Shown: positions 56,444-64,000 of the stretch, piece after piece
Position numbering within the stretch: position 1 is the first letter of the stretch
Layout: each line of letters starts with the position of its first letter
NCBI GenBank assembly: GCA_964463925.1
Contig: CAYXDV010000001.1
Location: forward strand, 99,860 to 163,859
DNA length: 64,000 bases
Direction of reading: 5' to 3'
DNA from: an uncultured Gammaproteobacteria bacterium
GTDB lineage: Bacteria > Patescibacteriota > Microgenomatia > UBA12405
Program-made: the position numbers and the translations under genes
Notes under the pieces: generated by a model
Told to the model about the DNA's origin: nothing
Seen by the model: the letters and a program-made list of their open reading frames with translations, nothing else
Database searches by the model: none

Positions 56444-58214
56444 AGACTATAGTTTATATAGTATGCCTAATCCTGCCCAAAAAGTATACAAATCAATACG
56501 AGAAGTATTGTTGGAACGTGGTCTGATTACCCCAGAACAAAATAAAGATTTTGAACTTAAATTACTAAAGAGTGGAATAGGAGAAGAAGAGATAATTCGG
56601 CAAGCTAGAATTTTGACTGACAGAGAGATAGTGGAAGCCAGAGCTGCCTTGTACAGAGTTCCGTTTATTGATCTGGATGAAGTTGGTTTTGCTCCGGAAG
56701 CTTTGGTTTATGTTCCCCAAAGTGTGGCTGAAAAATATAAGCTGATTCCATACAAAATTGACCAAAAAGAGAAACAACTTTTTGTAGTTATGGCAAATCC
56801 AGTCGATTTGGAAACTGTTGAATTTTTGGAGAAGAAATCAGGATATAAGGTAATTACCAGCCAAGGAATTGAGTCCCAGATAATGTCATCAATTAGGGAA
56901 AAATATGAGAGGGAAAAGGGTATAACATCTGAAGTCACAAAAGCTCTTGACGAAAATAAACAGGAGCAAGCTGAAGCGCAAAAACAAAGGACAAAAATAA
57001 ATTCAGAAGCACCAATTGCCAAAATTGTAAGTACTATTTTGGAATTTGCCATAAAGGCAAGAGCTTCAGATATACACATAGAACCACAAGAAGATCATGT
57101 GCGCGTAAGATATCGCATTGACGGAATGTTGGAAGAAAAGTATTTATTACCCCGAAACGTCCAAGATGCAGTGATTTCAAGAATTAAGATTTTGTCAAAT
57201 TTGAAAATTGATGAAAAAAGAGTTCCCCAAGATGGAAGATATTTTTTTTCGGCGGAAGTTGGTGGCCAAACCCAAGATGTAGATTTGCGTGTATCCACAT
57301 TGCCAACTACTTATGGTGAAAAAATAGTGATGCGTTTGCTTAGAAAATCAGCTAAGGTTCCGGACTTGCCAGAATTGGGCTTGCGCGGACGTGCTTTAAA
57401 AAATTTATTAGATGCTATTGCCAGACCACATGGAATTATTATAGTTTGCGGACCGACAGGAAGTGGTAAAACCACCACTTTGTATTCAGTTCTTCACAGG
57501 GTATCAACTCCAAAGGTAAATGTTTCCACAATTGAAGATCCAGTTGAATATCAAATTTCTGGTGTATCTCAGGTTCAAGTGAATGTTCAGGCTGGCTTAA
57601 CATTTGCCACAGCTTTGAGGTCTTTTTTGAGACAAGATCCAAACATTATTATGGTTGGAGAAATTCGAGACACTGAAACAGCTGAGCTAGCTATAAATGC
57701 ATCACTTACTGGACATTTGGTTTTTTCGACGATTCATACAAATGATGCTGCCGGGGTACCACCTAGATTTTTGGATTTAGGCATTGAACCTTTTTTGTTA
57801 GTTTCGTCGCTGACGGCTGTAGTTGGACAGAGGGTAATGAGAAAATTATGTCCAAATTGTGCCCAACAGATACCAATTACCTCCGAACAAGAACAAGAAT
57901 TTAAGAGTGTTTTAGGTAATTTGTACGATGTGGTTTTAGAAAGATTTAAAAAGGAAAATAAGAATCCATATATTAAAAAAGCTGTTGGCTGTGACCAATG
58001 CAATAATAGCGGATATTTTGGAAGAATCGCGATTTATGAAGTTATGCCGATTTCCGACAAAATAGGAAGATTGGTGTTGGAAAAAGCTTCTGCTGGAACC
58101 ATTAGTAAACAGGCAATTGAGGAGGGGATGCTTACAATGAAGCAGGATGGTTATGTCAAAGTTTTGGAAGGTATCTCGACCATGGAAGAGGTTAAACGTG
58201 TTGCTGAATACTAG
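56421..58214 (+). CDS. pilB: type IV pilus assembly ATPase PilB/GspE
   Basis: N-terminal GspII_E N domain, Walker A GPTGSGKTTTLY, Asp box, Walker B, His box, tetracysteine CPNC...CDQC. The alternative start at 56463 would remove the 23-nt divergent overlap with holB. Confidence 0.9.
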   Translation: MVDGKVSIDYSLYSMPNPAQKVYKSIREVLLERGLITPEQNKDFELKLLKSGIGEEEIIRQARILTDREIVEARAALYRVPFIDLDEVGFAPEALVYVPQSVAEKYKLIPYKIDQKEKQLFVVMANPVDLETVEFLEKKSGYKVITSQGIESQIMSSIREKYEREKGITSEVTKALDENKQEQAEAQKQRTKINSEAPIAKIVSTILEFAIKARASDIHIEPQEDHVRVRYRIDGMLEEKYLLPRNVQDAVISRIKILSNLKIDEKRVPQDGRYFFSAEVGGQTQDVDLRVSTLPTTYGEKIVMRLLRKSAKVPDLPELGLRGRALKNLLDAIARPHGIIIVCGPTGSGKTTTLYSVLHRVSTPKVNVSTIEDPVEYQISGVSQVQVNVQAGLTFATALRSFLRQDPNIIMVGEIRDTETAELAINASLTGHLVFSTIHTNDAAGVPPRFLDLGIEPFLLVSSLTAVVGQRVMRKLCPNCAQQIPITSEQEQEFKSVLGNLYDVVLERFKKENKNPYIKKAVGCDQCNNSGYFGRIAIYEVMPISDKIGRLVLEKASAGTISKQAIEEGMLTMKQDGYVKVLEGISTMEEVKRVAEY

Positions 58215-58216
58215 CT

Positions 58217-59302
58217 ATGCACACAGAAATAAAAAAACTATTAATTCAAGCAGCTACCAATAAAGCTTCTGACATTCACCTGAGTGTTGGGAAAATGCCT
58301 ATGTTTAGAATAAATGGTGAATTACTTGTAGCCACAGGCTTTCCCCAGTTTTCTGAATTAGAATATACCCAGGCCATAATGTCTTTGGCGAGTCTTGATG
58401 TGCAGCAAAAAATTGAATCCCAAAGAGAATTTGACTTTTCAGTAGAACTTGCAGAAGATGAGCTTAGATTTAGAGTAAATGCTTATTATAGTCGTTCGAA
58501 ATTGGCTGCCGTCTTGAGATTGATTCCGCAAAATATTCCTAGTATGGAAGATCTTGGGATACCAAAAAATGTAATTGATTTTTTAAAGGGCAAACAAGGT
58601 TTTGTTCTGGTTACTGGCCCAACTGGAAGTGGTAAGTCAACAAGTCTTGCAGCCATGTTGCAATTCATAAATCAAAACACGTCATCCCATATTGTGACAG
58701 TTGAAGACCCTGTAGAGTATTTATTAAAGCCTGTTAAATCAACCATAGATCAAAGAGAAGTTTTTTCAGATACGATGTCTTTTGCTTCTGCTTTAAAGTC
58801 GACACTTCGACAAGACCCAAACGTGGTACTTGTTGGAGAGATGAGAGATTTAGAGACAATATCTTCGGCTATAACAGTGGCAGAAACTGGACACTTGGTT
58901 TTTTCGACATTGCACACAAATAGCGCTTCTCAATCGGTAGACAGAATAATTGACGTTTTCCCAGAGAATTCACAGTCACAGATTAGATCACAATTTGCCT
59001 CAATCTTGAGCTTAGTAGTTTCTCAGAGATTGTTACCGGCAATTAACGGAGGAAGAGTAGCTGCCTTTGAAATAATGGTGGCAACCTCTGCTGTAAAAAA
59101 CGCGATTCGTGAAGGAAAAACTTTTATGATTGATAATATGATCCAGACTGGGTTAGAAGTTGGAATGCTGCCGCTTGAAATGAGTTTGGCAAAGCTAGTA
59201 ATTGATGGAAAGGTGGACGAAGGAGTGGCAATGTCTTTTGCCCTAAGACCGGGAGAATTGCAACAACAGTTAAGATCGTTCAAATTGCATGCAAAAGTAT
59301 AG
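58217..59302 (+). CDS. pilT: type IV pilus retraction ATPase PilT
   Basis: Walker A GPTGSGKSTSLAAM, LVGEMRD, PilT-family length 361 aa. Confidence 0.88.
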   Translation: MHTEIKKLLIQAATNKASDIHLSVGKMPMFRINGELLVATGFPQFSELEYTQAIMSLASLDVQQKIESQREFDFSVELAEDELRFRVNAYYSRSKLAAVLRLIPQNIPSMEDLGIPKNVIDFLKGKQGFVLVTGPTGSGKSTSLAAMLQFINQNTSSHIVTVEDPVEYLLKPVKSTIDQREVFSDTMSFASALKSTLRQDPNVVLVGEMRDLETISSAITVAETGHLVFSTLHTNSASQSVDRIIDVFPENSQSQIRSQFASILSLVVSQRLLPAINGGRVAAFEIMVATSAVKNAIREGKTFMIDNMIQTGLEVGMLPLEMSLAKLVIDGKVDEGVAMSFALRPGELQQQLRSFKLHAKV

Positions 59303-60500
59303 ATTTAGAGCAAGAAATTGGTCTGGAGTTATGGTTAAGGGAGTTATGGAGGCTGAAAACAGAGCAATGGCTTTGGAAGTACTTCGGGGAAATAAGCTAG
59401 TCCCCTTGTCTATTGAAGAAACTGGACACGGTCTTCTGGATGGAATGTCTGGTGCCTTTTTTGGGAGAGTTGGATACAAGCAGCTGGCAAATTTTACGAG
59501 ACAATTGTCAACAATGATGACTGCAGGACTGGCACTAACAGATGCCTTGTCACTACTTGCAAGTCAAAGCGAAGGGCAATCCTCGATGCATCGAATTATT
59601 GAATACTGTTTGAACACTGTTCGTGGTGGGCAAAGTTTGGCTACGGCGCTTGGAAAATATTCAGATGAATTTGGTGAGGCCTATGTGGCTTCCATTGCTG
59701 CCGGAGAACAGGGTGGAGTTTTAGAAGAAGTACTATCTAGATTAGCTAATACAATGGAACAAGAGCAAGAATTTAGAAGTAAGGTAAAAGGAGCCATGAT
59801 ATATCCGGCGGTGGTAATTCTAGGAATTATTGGGGTAGTTTTTGTTCTACTTGTGTTTGTAATTCCTAAGATGACTGGGTTGTATAAGGATTTTGGGGCA
59901 AAGATGCCGGCAATGACTCAGTTTGTCATTGATTTATCTTCGTTAGTTACTAAATTATGGTTTTTGTTTCCGCTGGTACCAATTGGGTTATTTGTTTTAC
60001 TAAAAACAGTCAATGCAAAACCAGAATGGAAATATCAAAAGGATAAACTTTTTTTAAAAATTCCACTTTTGGGTGAACTATCAAAAATTTCGATGGTTGC
60101 AGATATTTGTCGTACATTGTCCATGTTAATATCTGCTGGAGTACCCCTGACTGAGGCCTTGCAGATTGTGGTTAAAGTTGCCGATAGCGAAGTGTATCAA
60201 CAGGCACTTACAAGGATTTCTTCCAGAGTAGAAAAAGGATTTTCCCTGGCTGATTGCTTTGCCGAGACCGAAGTATTTCCAGTAATTGTTAATCAAATGA
60301 TTGCAACTGGTGAAGCCACTGGAAAACTAGATGAAGTTTTATTGAGAGTAGCTGATTATTTTTCTAAAGAATCTGAAAGTTTAGTAAAAGGTTTGACTTC
60401 GGCAATTGAACCTTTGATAATGGTGATGCTTGGGGGGGTGGTTGGTTTTCTGGTTATCTCGGTAATAATGCCTATTTATGACTTGACATCTAAGTTTTAA
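59289..60500 (+). CDS. pilC: type IV pilus platform protein PilC/GspF
   Basis: Two T2SF repeats, 3 TM, 403 aa. Confidence 0.88.
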   Translation: MQKYRFRARNWSGVMVKGVMEAENRAMALEVLRGNKLVPLSIEETGHGLLDGMSGAFFGRVGYKQLANFTRQLSTMMTAGLALTDALSLLASQSEGQSSMHRIIEYCLNTVRGGQSLATALGKYSDEFGEAYVASIAAGEQGGVLEEVLSRLANTMEQEQEFRSKVKGAMIYPAVVILGIIGVVFVLLVFVIPKMTGLYKDFGAKMPAMTQFVIDLSSLVTKLWFLFPLVPIGLFVLLKTVNAKPEWKYQKDKLFLKIPLLGELSKISMVADICRTLSMLISAGVPLTEALQIVVKVADSEVYQQALTRISSRVEKGFSLADCFAETEVFPVIVNQMIATGEATGKLDEVLLRVADYFSKESESLVKGLTSAIEPLIMVMLGGVVGFLVISVIMPIYDLTSKF

Positions 60501-60517
60501 TAAATAATACTGAATGT

Positions 60518-61189
60518 ATGAATAAACTGCTCAACTTCAAAAAACAAAGTATGGCCAAAGGTTTTACTTTGGTAGAGTTATTGATTGTTATTGCATTGAT
60601 TGGAATACTTTCTGTTGCGGTTTTGGCCACAATAAACCCAATTGAACAGACGAATAAAGCCAGAGATGCTAAGTTTAAGAATGACGCGGCCGAAGTTCTG
60701 TCAGCCTATGAACGTTATTATTCAGCCCAAAATGCCTATCCTTGGAATACAAATGATACTGGTGTGGGTACTTCAGTGCCAGCTGGCACTAATGTTGCCA
60801 TTGGATCTACCGATGTCGGCTTTGGAGTGATGGGGCTTGGCAATACGAATGGTGCTTTGATTGCCACCTCTGAATTAAAGTCTTCTTTTCTAGGTAAAGA
60901 ACCATTTGGTACTTCTGCCACTGCTGCATCGATTGATCGAATGTATGTATACCACAATGGTACAACTAGCACTAATTATGTGTGTTTTCATCCCAAGGCA
61001 AGTGCTAATAGGAGTGGTACCATAGCTACTAATCTAAAATGCATGACCGTTGGTACTGGTGTAGGTGCTGTTTTGTCAGATTTGGGAAAAAATGGTTGTG
61101 TGGCGGCTACCCCTGGCTCTTGGGCAGCAGTTGCTCCATCGGCCACTTCAGCAAACCTGCTTTGCGTACCGGAAGGTAGCGTAAACTAA
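60518..61189 (+). CDS. type IV pilin (major pilin candidate)
   Basis: Class III signal KG/FTLVELLIVIALIGIL with Glu at +5, followed by a Gly/Thr/Ser-rich globular domain. Confidence 0.8.
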   Translation: MNKLLNFKKQSMAKGFTLVELLIVIALIGILSVAVLATINPIEQTNKARDAKFKNDAAEVLSAYERYYSAQNAYPWNTNDTGVGTSVPAGTNVAIGSTDVGFGVMGLGNTNGALIATSELKSSFLGKEPFGTSATAASIDRMYVYHNGTTSTNYVCFHPKASANRSGTIATNLKCMTVGTGVGAVLSDLGKNGCVAATPGSWAAVAPSATSANLLCVPEGSVN

Positions 61190-61201
61190 TCGTAAGTACT
61201 T

Positions 61202-61984
61202 TTGCTTATGACTATCGTCTATTTGTGGGTTCTTTTTGCAATCGGTGTGTGTGTCGGAAGTTTTGTGAATATGCTAGTCTTCAGGACTGCTCTTGCCTAT
61301 GGTTTAGTGCCTAAACGGTCTAATCTAAGGGCAGATCTTGGAGGTAGAAGCTATTGTGATGATTGTGGAAGGCAGCTGGTGTGGTATGAAAATATTCCCA
61401 TTGTATCTTGGTTGTTTTTGGAGGGCAAAAGCAAGTGCTGTGGAAAAAAAATATCACTCCTCTACCCCATAGTTGAGCTAAATTTTGGAATATTATTTGG
61501 CATCTGGGGATGGATCGCTTTGGCTAAATATATACCAATACCATTGGTGATTGTTGGCTGTTTGATGTTAGTTTTTCTTGGTTTTAGTATGGTTTTTGAT
61601 GCCAAATATATGATTCTTCCGGATTTTTCTACAACTGCTTTGTTCTTTTTGTCAATTGCAACACTTTTTGCGAATGGAAAAATCAGTGAGTTTGTTTGGT
61701 ATTTATTAGCGGCAGTGGGTAGTTTTTGTTTTATTGGTTTTTTGTATTGGATAACCAAAGGGAAAGGCATGGGATTTGGAGATGTAAAGTTTGCTGGTTT
61801 TATGGGTTTATTCTTGGGAATACAAAGTGTTGTACTTGCTATGTATGTTGCTTTTATTGGCGGTGCTTTGTTTGGTTTGGGATTGATGATATTTGGCAGA
61901 GCTGGAAGGAAAACAAAAATGGCTTTTGGTCCATTTTTAATTTTAGGAACTATAGTAGCCTGGTGGTATGCTAAGTTAAGATGA
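61202..61984 (+). CDS. pilD: prepilin peptidase (A24 family)
   Basis: N-terminal CDDCGR...CCGK zinc-binding tetracysteine, two catalytic Asp regions, 260 aa polytopic. Confidence 0.88.
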   Translation: MLMTIVYLWVLFAIGVCVGSFVNMLVFRTALAYGLVPKRSNLRADLGGRSYCDDCGRQLVWYENIPIVSWLFLEGKSKCCGKKISLLYPIVELNFGILFGIWGWIALAKYIPIPLVIVGCLMLVFLGFSMVFDAKYMILPDFSTTALFFLSIATLFANGKISEFVWYLLAAVGSFCFIGFLYWITKGKGMGFGDVKFAGFMGLFLGIQSVVLAMYVAFIGGALFGLGLMIFGRAGRKTKMAFGPFLILGTIVAWWYAKLR

Positions 61985-62676
61985 AGATTAGATTCGGCTT
62001 TACTTTAGTGGAGTTGGTGATTGTGGTAGCAATTTTGGGAATAGTAGGAACGATAGTAGCCGGGACACTTAATGGTTTAGGAATACAAGGTAAAGGCCAA
62101 GACGCTCGTAGAAAGAAGGATATAGCTAGGATAAGGGTAGCCCTAGAGGAATATTACAATGACAATAAATGTTATCCGACTGGTGATTTTGTTAATACTT
62201 ATTTAATGAATCCTGATAGTTGTAACAAAAAAGTTGATCAGTTTCCCCAATTGTCACCATGGATTTGTGACCCATATACAAAAACACCTTATCTGCTGGC
62301 TGTTACTGGCGATAATTGTCCTAGGTCTTATAAGATATTTACTATGCTGTCTACACCAAATGCTTCGGGGTCCATTGCTTCATCATCTACTAATGTTTGT
62401 ACTTATGGCTTTGCAAACGGCCTGCGTTATAGCGGTCTTAGTTTAAATTATGGTGTATCAAGTGATGGAGCAGAAGCTTGGGATAAAAAATATTCTATGC
62501 TGGACAAGTGCCAAGGCGGTTGCAGATCCCATCAATTATCAGATGTAGACAATAGCTGTAATGCAGCTGCAAGTTGTAATGGGTCTGGAGAGGTATGCTA
62601 TCTTGGTGTGTGCGACCCAGAATGCAGAGTTGCAAGCTGTAGTGGAAATACGGTAGTATCATATTGTGAGGAATAA
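61981..62676 (+). CDS. type IV pilin-like protein with Cys-rich C-terminal domain
   Basis: Prepilin signal FG/FTLVELVIVVAILGIV; 18 Cys in the mature domain. Confidence 0.75.
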   Translation: MKIRFGFTLVELVIVVAILGIVGTIVAGTLNGLGIQGKGQDARRKKDIARIRVALEEYYNDNKCYPTGDFVNTYLMNPDSCNKKVDQFPQLSPWICDPYTKTPYLLAVTGDNCPRSYKIFTMLSTPNASGSIASSSTNVCTYGFANGLRYSGLSLNYGVSSDGAEAWDKKYSMLDKCQGGCRSHQLSDVDNSCNAAASCNGSGEVCYLGVCDPECRVASCSGNTVVSYCEE

Positions 62677-63313
62677 GGGTTTTACATTGGTTGAAATGTT
62701 AGTGGTCATGGCTTTGATGGGTATTCTGGCTGTAATTACATATTCTCAATATGGTTCTGCACAAACGAAAGCACGCGATGTGGTTAGAAAAAACGATGCA
62801 AATTCTATTAAAAAAGCCCTAGATTATATTTATGCCGATTATGGAAAAATGTATCAGGAAATCATCCCACAGGGAGACACTGGTTTGAATAGTAAGTTAA
62901 ATCTAAACCCAAACGATAACCAAATTAGTCTTTTGGGTCCCGATGGGTACAAATATATGGAAAGGGTTCCCAGAGAAGTGAAACCTATTGCTAACTCGGA
63001 TATTAAATTGAATATAAACAAATATTGCTACTTGTCGAACAAAACCTTGAAAAAGTATGCAATTTTTGTGAATTTGGAAAATAAATCTGACTCTGATTGT
63101 AAGATATATAAACTTGACCCTTGTACTACGGTAAATGGTGTACAAAAAGCTGATAATATTGACTGCAGTACTTGGAATAGCACATCTGGCTCTGGTAGTA
63201 ATTGTGGTCTTTATTATAACTACGTGATGTTGAGCACTTCAGCAAGTGTTGATGACTTTGTAGATACTAGTTCTGTTGCTGGCGTTTACCCTCTAAAAAA
63301 AACATGCAATTAA
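62666..63313 (+). CDS. type IV pilin-like protein
   Basis: Prepilin signal KG/FTLVEMLVVMALMGIL. Confidence 0.75.
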   Translation: MRNKGFTLVEMLVVMALMGILAVITYSQYGSAQTKARDVVRKNDANSIKKALDYIYADYGKMYQEIIPQGDTGLNSKLNLNPNDNQISLLGPDGYKYMERVPREVKPIANSDIKLNINKYCYLSNKTLKKYAIFVNLENKSDSDCKIYKLDPCTTVNGVQKADNIDCSTWNSTSGSGSNCGLYYNYVMLSTSASVDDFVDTSSVAGVYPLKKTCN

Positions 63314-63735
63314 AACAGGCTAATGAAGGTTTTACTCTAATTGAATTATTGGTAGTTGTTTTTATAATGTCAATGTTATTTGCCCTGATCTTGCCAAATT
63401 TTATGGGAGCCAGAGAAAGAGCTCAGGACACTCAGAACAAACAAACTTTGCAAGGTTTGAGGACGGCGCTGAGACTATATTACAATGATAATAGCGCCTA
63501 CCCTACCCCAGATTCTGGCAAAATGTTGAATAACAATAACAGTTTTTTTACTAATTATATGGCGGAAGCCGCAACTGCTGGAATCGGTTTTAGTTACACA
63601 TATTCTTTAAATGGAGATACTTTTAGTATTGGTACAACATTGTTTAATACTACCGGTGATGATGATACTAACTCGCAAATAAAATGCGGGATTAGTCCAC
63701 AAGTACAAGGACAATATTATGTTTGTGCAAAATAG
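63304..63735 (+). CDS. type IV pilin-like protein
   Basis: Prepilin signal EG/FTLIELLVVVFIMSML. Confidence 0.75.
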   Translation: MQLKQANEGFTLIELLVVVFIMSMLFALILPNFMGARERAQDTQNKQTLQGLRTALRLYYNDNSAYPTPDSGKMLNNNNSFFTNYMAEAATAGIGFSYTYSLNGDTFSIGTTLFNTTGDDDTNSQIKCGISPQVQGQYYVCAK

Positions 63736-63748
63736 ACTATACTGGAAT

Positions 63749-64000
63749 ATGAATAAGTTTGAAAAAGGTTTTACTTTGTTTGAAATGTTAGTAGTGATTG
63801 CAATTATTGGTATTTTGTTAGGTATTATGTCGGTATCTTTTTCGGGGGCACAGGCTAGGGCTAGGGACAGCAAAAGGATTCAGGATATGAATAATCTACA
63901 AAAGGCCTTAGAGACTTATTATGCCCTATCTGGTGCTTATCCAACTTCCACTAGCGGTAGCGGTAATTTGTCTTACAATACTAGTGTAATTTTAGATAGC
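63749..64000 (+). CDS. type IV pilin-like protein (3' partial, runs off the window)
   Basis: Prepilin signal KG/FTLFEMLVVIAIIGIL; no stop before the window end. Confidence 0.7.
   Translation, partial: MNKFEKGFTLFEMLVVIAIIGILLGIMSVSFSGAQARARDSKRIQDMNNLQKALETYYALSGAYPTSTSGSGNLSYNTSVILDS

Overview
This is a low-GC (~33-38%), gene-dense bacterial chromosomal window. Its content is typical of a reduced-genome, Patescibacteria/CPR-like organism (inference from gene repertoire, not a database hit). It carries a gyrB-gyrA operon and class II (AdoCbl) ribonucleotide reductase with PduO adenosyltransferase. Queuosine salvage is present (tgt, queA) with no de novo genes. There is a MacA/MacB-type efflux module and repair genes: fpg, ung, a Y-family polymerase and ligA. 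An archaeo-eukaryotic DRG-type GTPase is present. A complete type IV pilus / competence-like cluster (pilB-pilT-pilC-pilin-pilD plus several more pilins) sits at the 3' end. Seventeen tRNA genes are present, including all five Leu isoacceptors; most are clustered at 30.6-32.3 kb and 38.3-38.9 kb. I found no rRNA, no CRISPR array and no obvious prophage. The most notable observations are: (1) a 16-bp ACACTA-N4-TAGTGT NrdR-box-like palindrome found upstream of both nrdJ and a GC-elevated 638-aa metallophosphoesterase gene; (2) a lone XerC/D-like recombinase flanked by long AT-rich repeat and palindrome regions, as candidate dif/att sites or an ncRNA; (3) a possible HEPN-like (Rx4H) protein translationally coupled to a membrane hydrolase; (4) an SRP-RNA-like motif in the large tgt 5' intergenic region; (5) a frameshifted GNAT gene next to the tRNA island; (6) a pilin paralog with a highly Cys-rich C-terminus. 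All functional calls rest on motif recognition by eye. None has been verified by search.
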